From an uncultured Clostridia bacterium (GTDB taxonomy: Bacteria > Bacillota > Clostridia > Christensenellales > UBA1242), in assembly GCA_944350015.1 (NCBI GenBank), contig CALVNW010000001.1, positions 36,761 through 100,760 of the forward strand: a stretch of 64,000 bases of DNA, given 5' to 3'. The notes under the pieces are model-generated. The model was not told where the DNA came from and did not search any database. It saw only the letters and a list, made by a program, of their open reading frames with translations. The stretch's first letter is position 1, and every line of letters begins with the position of its first letter. Shown one piece after another: positions 9,214-16,950 of the stretch. The position numbers were made by a program, and so were the translations under genes.

Positions 9214-9220
9214 AAGTGTT

Positions 9221-9481
9221 ATGACATTTAAATTTGCAAACAAAGATAAAGTTAGAAACTTGCAAGAGCAAATTTCTAAAAAGCAGATTAGCTTTATTGA
9301 ACTGCCTATAGATGTGCTTGCTGAACTGTTTCAATGTGCGATTGAAAGAATTGATGAAGATGAAAATACTGTCGAGTGTGATGAGCGAGATAGCGGAGAT
9401 TTGATATGGGATATGGAGTGTATAGTTGATGAACTATTTGACGCTCTTCAAGAAAAAGTCGATTTTGGTTTATACGAATAA
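9221..9481 (+). CDS. Hypothetical acidic protein (86 aa)
   Basis: ATG 7 nt after the repeat-borne SD. Strongly acidic (..DEDENTVECDERDSGD..). Confidence 0.6.
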   Translation: MTFKFANKDKVRNLQEQISKKQISFIELPIDVLAELFQCAIERIDEDENTVECDERDSGDLIWDMECIVDELFDALQEKVDFGLYE

Positions 9482-9486
9482 AAATT

Positions 9487-9514
9487 GGAAGCCAGGTGTC
9501 AAGTATTAGGAGGT
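9487..9514 (+). repeat. 28-bp leader repeat, copy 2
   Basis: See copy 1. It places the start of the next gene at ATG 9521 rather than at 9485. Confidence 0.85.
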
Positions 9515-9520
9515 GAAAAA

Positions 9521-9925
9521 ATGCTTTTAATAGGCAAAGAAGAGTTTATGAAAGAACTCGGAACGTCACAAGAAGAACAAGATGACTTAGTGCACTTAAC
9601 ATTTGAGACTTTTAAAAACATTAGAGTAGGAGATGTAGTTTATTTTGTTAATGACTGGAATTATTTTATAAAAGTGCCTTTCGTTGTAGATTATGCAAAA
9701 TGGTTTCCTTTAGAAGGTGAATACACAAAAAAAGGTAAACAGATTTACTACAAGCAAATATCGTTTGTTAGAGACTTTCATAAAAGATATGCAGATAGTG
9801 CTGGTCATACTTACAATAATTTATATGTCAAAAAGTCGATGTTTAATGAGTTATTAGAAAGAGGTGAAAATGGGATATTGGACAGCAGTGCCAAGCGCTA
9901 TATTAAGAACAAAAAGGTTAACTAA
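9521..9925 (+). CDS. Hypothetical protein (134 aa)
   Basis: ATG at 9521, 6 nt after the repeat-borne aggaggt. No motif recognised. Confidence 0.6.
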   Translation: MLLIGKEEFMKELGTSQEEQDDLVHLTFETFKNIRVGDVVYFVNDWNYFIKVPFVVDYAKWFPLEGEYTKKGKQIYYKQISFVRDFHKRYADSAGHTYNNLYVKKSMFNELLERGENGILDSSAKRYIKNKKVN

Positions 9926-10628
9926 TGACGAGAAGGTATTCTATTTTATCATATCAACGATTATCAATAAGCAGGAAGCTAAAAGATATTGCACTGATTC
10001 TAACTCTGAGCTTGCCAGGAAGATGAACATATCAGAGTCAACCGTTTCGCAAAGAATTTCAAAGCTCACTAAAAAACGATTTGCAAACGTTACTCCAAAT
10101 CCGCACAAAAATGAAAGGCGTATTTACTTACACGTTCCAGGACTCGAAGAGCCATTACCAACAAATGAAGAGATGGATGCAAGTATGACCAATTTAAAAG
10201 AATCTTTTAAGCAGGCAATCATATTTGGTAACGTTCCTTTTGAGGTTTTGGTTCAAAAACTGCTTGAGACAGATTATCTTGAGAACGTTCAAGACAATAA
10301 CACTCAATTTTGCTTAAGCCTAGAACAAATCGACTTTCTATCAGCTTTTCACAAACTGTGTCCTGGAAAGGCTATGGATGCTCAACTTACTTGCTATCCA
10401 AATATTGACTTGAGAAAGTTACTTAATGCCATACGCGAAAGCTCCTTCTTGCTTTTAAATGATAACCTCTCGCTTAAATGGCTACTCGAGCACGCGCAAG
10501 AGATATGCAACGGTAATTATAAAAGATATCTTGAAAACATAGAGGTAAAGCCTAACTTTCAAGAACGTAGTTATTCAAACGAGCAGCTCAACTCTTTATT
10601 CCAGGATATTGAAGGCTTAGACTTGTGA
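9870..10628 (+). CDS. HTH-domain replication initiator-like protein
   Basis: The N-terminus MGYWTAVPSAILRTKRLTNDEKVFYFIIS...NSELARKMNISESTVSQRISKLTKK follows the plasmid/phage Rep-type HTH_36 pattern (G.. .P..il.d..Ls...k.ly..l.s......c.ps...La..l..s.rtv.r.i.eL). SD agaggtg. It overlaps the upstream gene by 56 nt. Confidence 0.6.
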   Translation: MGYWTAVPSAILRTKRLTNDEKVFYFIISTIINKQEAKRYCTDSNSELARKMNISESTVSQRISKLTKKRFANVTPNPHKNERRIYLHVPGLEEPLPTNEEMDASMTNLKESFKQAIIFGNVPFEVLVQKLLETDYLENVQDNNTQFCLSLEQIDFLSAFHKLCPGKAMDAQLTCYPNIDLRKLLNAIRESSFLLLNDNLSLKWLLEHAQEICNGNYKRYLENIEVKPNFQERSYSNEQLNSLFQDIEGLDL

Positions 10629-10885
10629 AAGTACTGCAGTTATCCATCTTCAAAGATATGATAATTGATTATGAAATTTTAGAGAAAAGATATAAAGCAA
10701 GGTCAGCGGTGGTGAAATCATCGTTAAAGACACGGTAGGCGTAAAAGACATTTTTCTCACCTCCTTTTCGACCGAATTAGTTAGACGCCGGGCTAATTCA
10801 TCTACAGTGTGGAAGTCCTGTAGCCACTGACCAGATTACTTGAAAAAAGTCGCTAGTACTAGATAAAAAACAAATGGGGGGAACA

Positions 10886-11116
10886 ATGAAAGTTAAGACA
10901 ATAATAGCTACAATTTTAATTTTTATAGCAGTAGTAGCAGTTGGCTTTATGATTACTTCACTTTCGCTTGCAACTGAACACGGCAACACACTTACTGACG
11001 AGTGGAAGTCCTGGACAGCTGAGGAAACTCAAGAAGTAGAAGATGAAGAAAACTCAGAGACAGAATTAAACACAAATAACGTTGAAAACTACTCAGACAT
11101 TGAGATAGTTGCGTAG
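10886..11116 (+). CDS. Small membrane protein (76 aa): N-terminal TM helix and acidic tail
   Basis: ATG at 10886 after gggggaa. Translation MKVKTIIATILIFIAVVAVGFMITSLSLA followed by an E/D-rich tail. Confidence 0.6.
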   Translation: MKVKTIIATILIFIAVVAVGFMITSLSLATEHGNTLTDEWKSWTAEETQEVEDEENSETELNTNNVENYSDIEIVA

Positions 11117-11117
11117 T

Positions 11118-11201
11118 ATGAAAAAACTTGTTGTTTTTATAATTTTAATAGCAATTTTGTGTCCTGGACTCATCTCACTAATTATTGCTTTAATATTTTA
11201 G
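11118..11201 (+). CDS. 27-aa hydrophobic peptide (MKKLVVFIILIAILCPGLISLIIALIF)
   Basis: ATG one base after the upstream TAG (11114-11116), so translational coupling is possible. No SD. A single predicted TM helix. It is below the ORF-track cutoff. Confidence 0.35.
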   Translation: MKKLVVFIILIAILCPGLISLIIALIF

Positions 11202-11209
11202 GAGAACTT

Positions 11210-12526
11210 ATGGCAAAATCTAAAAAATTAAACAGAGGTATTTTTATTGCATCGATAGTACTATTAGTGCTATGCGTTTGTTTTGATGTCTATTACTTGT
11301 ATTTTTCGATATTTGCAGATGACAAAAGAATTTTAGATGTTTTTGAGATAGGACAGATTGAAACTATAGAAGGAGACAAGTACAACGTCATAGAAGTTAA
11401 ATATTACACTAACGATAATAATAATGGTTATGAAATGTTTGAGGTAAAGTTTACTTCTATGTTAGACAGGAATAAAGAAGAAATTTACTCTCAAGGTTTA
11501 CAGTTTTTAGCAAAAGAAGTTAGTTCTTCATTAACCTGGTGGGATTATGAAGATTTTGCTACTACATTTGAGGACTATACCTCAGCTGATACTGGAGATA
11601 CGTCACTTGCAGAAGTTTATCAAAATGGAGTTACTACATACTTAAAAAAGAAGACAGGAGCACTCTTTTGGCAAACAAAATATTATGCAAGTTATATCAC
11701 GCCTCAAATAAACGATAAATATATGGTTAGCTATAACTATGCATCTACTGATAATTTTGTTACTTCTGTCGAGTCAACTACTTATCCACTAGAAGAAAAT
11801 CCGTCAATGCTAGTAAATATTGGTGAAGATGATTATTTAATTGAGCTAAGAGGAAACAATTACATTTCAGAAGCAGAAATAGCTGATGATATGAGCTACA
11901 TAGCTTATGATGGCAGTTCTGTAACAAGGCACAGATATTATCGTGATTATAACTACTACACTATGGCTTATGAACTCTTCAATGCCATACAATCATTACC
12001 AAATGGCACACAAGAAGAAATAATAATACCGTTTAGTGATGAATGGTTTGATTATTCAAGTTATAACGAAGAAGACAGCTCATATCACGAAATTACTGAT
12101 AGGCAAGAATATGCCAAAATTACTCGTGATATAAAAAATTATTATTCAATTAAAGTGACTAAGTCAGCGGATGGAGCTCAATATTACGGTGATAGCCTGT
12201 TCGGGAAAATGTTTAATAGTACCAATTTCAGTATAAGAAACGATATAGATTCAAGTGATTATTTTTATGGTAGACCTGTTATAGATTGCAATATTGAAAA
12301 TTTTCAATTTGTTGCCATAACCGATAACTATGTAGCGCTTAAATTGAAAGAGGATTTTATAGCAAGATATCTCCCATTGAAAGATTATATTTACATAAGA
12401 ATAAATTTAACATCTCAAGATTTTTTTAGCAGAGATGTAAGATTTGCGGGCTATTGCGGTGATTGTGGGCTAGAAGATTTTAATATTATAAATTCAGCTC
12501 TATATCCGTTTGAGGAGGTAGATTGA
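11210..12526 (+). CDS. Membrane-anchored extracellular protein (438 aa), hypothetical
   Basis: ATG at 11210 after aggaga. N-terminal anchor GIFIASIVLLVLCVCFDVYYLYFSIF. The remainder is N/Y/D/S-rich. Confidence 0.7.
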   Translation: MAKSKKLNRGIFIASIVLLVLCVCFDVYYLYFSIFADDKRILDVFEIGQIETIEGDKYNVIEVKYYTNDNNNGYEMFEVKFTSMLDRNKEEIYSQGLQFLAKEVSSSLTWWDYEDFATTFEDYTSADTGDTSLAEVYQNGVTTYLKKKTGALFWQTKYYASYITPQINDKYMVSYNYASTDNFVTSVESTTYPLEENPSMLVNIGEDDYLIELRGNNYISEAEIADDMSYIAYDGSSVTRHRYYRDYNYYTMAYELFNAIQSLPNGTQEEIIIPFSDEWFDYSSYNEEDSSYHEITDRQEYAKITRDIKNYYSIKVTKSADGAQYYGDSLFGKMFNSTNFSIRNDIDSSDYFYGRPVIDCNIENFQFVAITDNYVALKLKEDFIARYLPLKDYIYIRINLTSQDFFSRDVRFAGYCGDCGLEDFNIINSALYPFEEVD

Positions 12527-14043
12527 TGATAGGTTTATTATTTGATACTTCATTTTGGTATGATGTCATTACACTTATATTTATAGTTGCGTTGATTTAT
12601 ATCTTCTGTAAATATAAACAATCAAGAATTTATGTTTACTGGATATTTTTTGTGTTGGTGGTAGCTCTTACGGGATGTTGTGTAGTTCAATTAATTGGAT
12701 ATTACACTACATCTGGCAATCAATATGGAAATATTGATAATGATAAGCCAAATGAAATCGAACAGGTAAGTGAGTTCAGTTTTAATTTAAAGAATATTGT
12801 TTTAACCCAAGAATCTGGAGATAAGTATTCGGCCAATATGACAGCCAATGTATCATTAGATTTGACGCCTAATAGTGATTATGGGTTATATGTAAACGAT
12901 ATAACTTGCAATGATATTGTTTACTCTGTTGACTACATCACGGGAAAATATACTTATAATTTTTATGATAACGCAAATAAATTATTAAAAAGTGACACTT
13001 TAACTTTAAGTTTAGCGTTTAATAAAACATATATGAGCTTGACGCTCTCTACAAGTGGTGGCGCAGAAGCTGTTAGATACTGGAATAACTACTTCAATAA
13101 AAACAACTTTGTTGTTGAAATAAAAGAGCAAGAAGAATTAAATTCAGACACTATATACGGTGAAGGTGACATATCAAACTTTAGAACAGCAAAGTTTTAT
13201 GTTAATGAACAGCTTTATAGGACCTATGTTTATGAACTTGGAGATAAAATAGTTGACCCACAATATATTGACCCTACATATCATCTAGATTACTGGACCT
13301 GCAACGGAGAACGTGTTGATTTCACTAATTTTATATGTAACGACAACTATGTCTTTGAGGCCGTGCTAATAACCAATGAGAGACATACAGTGGATATATA
13401 TTTGTCAACAGATGGGACTGCAGATGGAATAATAGACGCTGGGAATTTTTATGTAACTGATACAATGTATATTGATACGAAAGGTAACGGAACTAACCAT
13501 TTGACTATTGAAGGACAAAGTGACAAAGAAGTTATAGTTGATTTCAAAGTCGCCAGCGCTTTTGAAAATTTTGATTGGCAGGTGCAAGTAGAAACCTTAA
13601 GTGATGGGAATATACAAGTAAATAAAAGAAGTACCTATTCTACTGATTTAATGAGTACGGGATTTGCTTATGGCGGAGATATTGTAATAGAAGGACTTAC
13701 TGCAGATGCTAATATTTATGTTACTGTTAAACCTGTAGAATATAAGCTTGAAATATATTATAGCTTTCAATCAACATTTTTAGTAGATGATTTTACATTT
13801 ACATATGGAAGTACTTTCAATTTAAAAGAACATTTGACCGCTGAGCAGTTAACACTACTAACTGGCATTGAAGGGTTATATACAGTGCAAACTCATTCAG
13901 GTACAAAGTATTTTGATTCGAACTTAGAGATGTTAACAAGTTGGATTAGCCTGCCTTTAAAATGGACAGGGTATAACTATGTGTACGTGGACAATTTCAA
14001 TGAAATTACAAATACGTTTACTTTGTATGCTTTTTATGGATAA
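12526..14043 (+). CDS. Membrane protein with large extracellular domain (505 aa), hypothetical
   Basis: ATG overlaps the upstream stop (TGATG), with SD gaggagg 8 nt upstream. Two N-terminal TM helices are followed by a beta-rich N/Y/T-rich domain. Confidence 0.7.
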   Translation: MIGLLFDTSFWYDVITLIFIVALIYIFCKYKQSRIYVYWIFFVLVVALTGCCVVQLIGYYTTSGNQYGNIDNDKPNEIEQVSEFSFNLKNIVLTQESGDKYSANMTANVSLDLTPNSDYGLYVNDITCNDIVYSVDYITGKYTYNFYDNANKLLKSDTLTLSLAFNKTYMSLTLSTSGGAEAVRYWNNYFNKNNFVVEIKEQEELNSDTIYGEGDISNFRTAKFYVNEQLYRTYVYELGDKIVDPQYIDPTYHLDYWTCNGERVDFTNFICNDNYVFEAVLITNERHTVDIYLSTDGTADGIIDAGNFYVTDTMYIDTKGNGTNHLTIEGQSDKEVIVDFKVASAFENFDWQVQVETLSDGNIQVNKRSTYSTDLMSTGFAYGGDIVIEGLTADANIYVTVKPVEYKLEIYYSFQSTFLVDDFTFTYGSTFNLKEHLTAEQLTLLTGIEGLYTVQTHSGTKYFDSNLEMLTSWISLPLKWTGYNYVYVDNFNEITNTFTLYAFYG

Positions 14044-14055
14044 AAAGGAGTAAAT

Positions 14056-15495
14056 ATGAAAAAATTTAAATCAATATTAAAAGCCGTTGCTATTATTTTA
14101 GGTATTTCAATCCTACTTTTAGGCACAGCATTTGGTATTACATACGCCATTGATAAGGACCTGGCTTTGTCCTGGATAGGCATAGAGAAAGAAACTTCTG
14201 ATACAGAAGAACCAGATACTCCAGAGGAACCAGAAGAACCAGGAGAAGATGAAGAGCCAGAGAAGAAGCCTGATGAATCAGAATATGTAACAAACATAGT
14301 TGATTACGAGATTAAAGGGGATACTATTACAGCTTATACCGGCGCGGATAAGTATATAAAAATACCTACTTCATATTCTATTTCAGGAACAGAAGAAGTT
14401 AAATTATCTTTTGAAACCCAATTTGATTTAACAGACTATATAATGTTAAATCACGACACTATAAACTATCCTATTACAGTTACTGACAGTGAAAGCCAAG
14501 ATTATGAATTTTTCAGTGAATTTGAAATAATCGAAAATGAAGAGATGCTTTATCCAGTAACTTACACTACAGAAAAAACTATTTATACTGAAGGCAACGA
14601 TTATCAGATTACAAAAATTGATAGGGATATTTTGAGTGATAGCTCTGTTGAATATGTGATAGTACCAAATGGGATAACTGAAGTTGATGCATCTTTTCGT
14701 AGTTGTGACACATTAAAGGAAGTTCAACTTTCTGAAACAGTTACAAAGATAGGTAGCCAAACTTTCGTTAGCTGTGGAAACCTAGTTGCTATAAATGTAG
14801 ATGAGAATAATGAAAATTATTTAAGCGAAGATGGCGTGTTATTTAACAAAGACAAGACTAAATTAGAGTACTTCCCAGCGGGTAAAGGTGGGACCTATAC
14901 CATACCAAATACAGTTACTGAAATTCAAACTCTAGCATTTTATCAATGTGGCAAGTTAGAAAACATATATTTCGAAAGCGGTATAAACCTTGAGACCATC
15001 CCAGGTCTAGCTTTTGCGTTTTGTACTAATTTAACAAGCATTGAAATACCTGCTAGTGTCACCTATTTAGACTTTCAAGCTTTTAATAATTGTACGAGCT
15101 TAGAAACTGTAGCTTTTGAAAAAAATAGTTTGCTAGAAAGTTTTGACACGGCTGTATTTTCAGATTGTACTAACTTAAAAACAATAGATTTAGCCTTGTT
15201 GAAAAATCTTTCAAGTATAGGCAATAATGTTTTTGGAAATTGTTCTTCTCTAGAAACGATAATTTTGCCAGCAAGTGTAACAAGTATAGGATTAAATTGT
15301 TTCACGTCTATTAAGTCAATCACATTAAAATCGGCTACACCGGCTACTTTAGGTGTCCTATCACCTTTTTCATCAACAATTGAAGCGATTTACGTACCAG
15401 AAAGTGCGGTGGATACATATAAGACTGCTGACGGCTGGAGCAATTATGCAAATATTATACAAGCAATACCAGAACAAGCATTGGAGATGAAGTAG
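14056..15495 (+). CDS. Surface protein with BspA-type leucine-rich repeats
   Basis: SD aaggag. N-terminal anchor AVAIILGISILLLGTAFGI, then an acidic P/E linker (EEPDTPEEPEEPGEDEEPEKKPDESE). Repeated units follow of the type I(P).VT.I...AF..C..L..I (e.g. TVTEIQTLAFYQCGKLENIYF, IPGLAFAFCTNLTSIEIPASVTYLDFQAFNNCTSLETV), typical of the LRR_5/BspA family. Confidence 0.8.
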   Translation: MKKFKSILKAVAIILGISILLLGTAFGITYAIDKDLALSWIGIEKETSDTEEPDTPEEPEEPGEDEEPEKKPDESEYVTNIVDYEIKGDTITAYTGADKYIKIPTSYSISGTEEVKLSFETQFDLTDYIMLNHDTINYPITVTDSESQDYEFFSEFEIIENEEMLYPVTYTTEKTIYTEGNDYQITKIDRDILSDSSVEYVIVPNGITEVDASFRSCDTLKEVQLSETVTKIGSQTFVSCGNLVAINVDENNENYLSEDGVLFNKDKTKLEYFPAGKGGTYTIPNTVTEIQTLAFYQCGKLENIYFESGINLETIPGLAFAFCTNLTSIEIPASVTYLDFQAFNNCTSLETVAFEKNSLLESFDTAVFSDCTNLKTIDLALLKNLSSIGNNVFGNCSSLETIILPASVTSIGLNCFTSIKSITLKSATPATLGVLSPFSSTIEAIYVPESAVDTYKTADGWSNYANIIQAIPEQALEMK

Positions 15496-15502
15496 AAATA
15501 TA

Positions 15503-16024
15503 ATGAAAAAACTATATTTTTTAAAGAGTTTGGCTGTGATTATGTTTCTAACAGCTTTATCAATAGTTTTAGGATTTATATGCATTGAAGAAAAATTAAC
15601 AGCTCATAACCTGCCTTACAAGGCTCCATTATTTCAAAGCATAGATTATGACATAACTAGGCCATCAAATATTAGTTTTACTTCTTTAAAAGATGAAGTA
15701 GACAAACTATTTGATAGTCCTAGTTATACTCTAGAGATAAAGGACCTTGAAGGCACCGTGAAAGGCAAGTGTGAGATGTTTAAGAGAAATATAATACTTG
15801 ATAATAACTTAAGCTACGAATACTTTGCCTTTTGCCTTGCTCACGAGCTAACACATTTAACCGAGTTTTGTTATAGCGAGAGATATATCAATTTAACAGC
15901 TTTTAATAAACTTTATTCAAGCGGAAACGAATATCTAACGAATGTTGCACTATACTTTGCAGACTTAGACCTTCGAGGAGCGTTTTCGCAAGAATATAGT
16001 TTTGTGGGATACATTGAAATTTAA
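15503..16024 (+). CDS. Membrane-anchored putative Zn-metallopeptidase (HExxH)
   Basis: N-terminal TM helix (LAVIMFLTALSIVLGFICI). It has ..NIILDNNLSYEYFAFCLAHELTHL.. with an HELTH motif in the context seen in minimal gluzincin/SprT-like peptidases. Confidence 0.5.
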   Translation: MKKLYFLKSLAVIMFLTALSIVLGFICIEEKLTAHNLPYKAPLFQSIDYDITRPSNISFTSLKDEVDKLFDSPSYTLEIKDLEGTVKGKCEMFKRNIILDNNLSYEYFAFCLAHELTHLTEFCYSERYINLTAFNKLYSSGNEYLTNVALYFADLDLRGAFSQEYSFVGYIEI

Positions 16025-16071
16025 AAATATTTATTAAAAATCAATAATTAATAAAAAAGTGAGGGAAAAGT

Positions 16072-16314
16072 ATGAAAAAAGCACAAAAAACAACCAAAAC
16101 AACTAAATCAATTGAAAAATCGGGCGTAAATAGCCCTAGAACGGCCGTAAAGGCCAAGTCGACTAATAAGTCGACACCAAAGGCTAAAACCGCCCACAAG
16201 TCAAATGACAAGGGCAATTTTTCGAAAAGTCAAACTAAAAAGACTACAAACGCGAAAAAAGCCCCAGCAAGCAAGCGAAAAGTAAAAGCGATTACTCTTT
16301 ACTATGATTTGTAG
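16072..16314 (+). CDS. Lysine-rich, low-complexity basic protein (80 aa)
   Basis: SD gaggga. Roughly a quarter of residues are K (KKAQKTTKTTKS..KAKSTNKSTPKAKTAHKS..KKTTNAKKAPASKRKVK), histone-H1-like in composition. Confidence 0.6.
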   Translation: MKKAQKTTKTTKSIEKSGVNSPRTAVKAKSTNKSTPKAKTAHKSNDKGNFSKSQTKKTTNAKKAPASKRKVKAITLYYDL

Positions 16315-16323
16315 GAGAATGCA

Positions 16324-16770
16324 ATGTCCAAGACAAAGAATATTTCAAAAAAAGTTCCAAACGGCAGAACCTTACAAACTAGAGACGAGTATCTGGGTAG
16401 TGGAAAAGGTAAAAAAAACATTAAACCAGAGCATCCAAACCCAAATGACCTATATAGAAGAGTTACAGTTATTGATAGCAATATCCAAAATGAACTTGCA
16501 ATAATAAAATTAGGGACCAAAGGACGCCATTCATTAAAAAAATATTTGACCGGAAAAAGTAAATATAACGCATATATTGAAATTGAGGATAATAACGGAA
16601 ATAGGATAAAAATCGATGGAGTTAGGTTCGTTGAAAATTCTAGCAAAAGAGATATTAGCAAAGAAGATGTTACAGAAATGAAAAAATATGCACTTAAAAG
16701 CAAAGAGACATCGTCACGATTAAGAAATGATAATAAACAAATTTTACATAAATTAAAAAATAGAAAATAA
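16324..16770 (+). CDS. Basic protein (148 aa), hypothetical
   Basis: SD aggaga. K/R-rich at both ends with a central beta-like core (YRRVTVIDSNIQNELAIIKLGTKGRH). Confidence 0.6.
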   Translation: MSKTKNISKKVPNGRTLQTRDEYLGSGKGKKNIKPEHPNPNDLYRRVTVIDSNIQNELAIIKLGTKGRHSLKKYLTGKSKYNAYIEIEDNNGNRIKIDGVRFVENSSKRDISKEDVTEMKKYALKSKETSSRLRNDNKQILHKLKNRK

Positions 16771-16950
16771 AAAAAGAACTCAGTTACCCGAGTTCAACAT
16801 CCTGTAATGAGCGTCCTCATCCAGCCTCAAGGCATTTCAGCCAAGTTGACTATAAGAGCGACTTATAATCAAAAATCAATCAAGTTGATTCACTAATATT
16901 ATATCACAAAAATTTAAAAATGCAACAAAAATTTAGAAAAAAAGGTAAAA

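Noticed and set aside
9033-9215. 60-aa ORF in the ORF track.
   Set aside because: It has no SD and spans a terminator hairpin and a GC-odd non-coding stretch. It ends inside the 28-bp leader repeat, so it is more likely non-coding.
10876-10881. A G6 run in the SD region of the 76-aa membrane protein gene as a second phase-variation tract.
   Set aside because: Six residues is at or below the length where slippage is usually appreciable, and the run itself plausibly serves as the SD. It is not comparable to the G8 promoter tract.
16302-16703. 133-aa very hydrophobic minus-strand ORF, which could look like a membrane protein.
   Set aside because: It is the antisense of a lysine-rich gene, so AAA/AAG codons read as TTT/CTT and give Phe/Leu. 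It has no SD, and the sense ORF (16324..16770) has a good SD and operon context.
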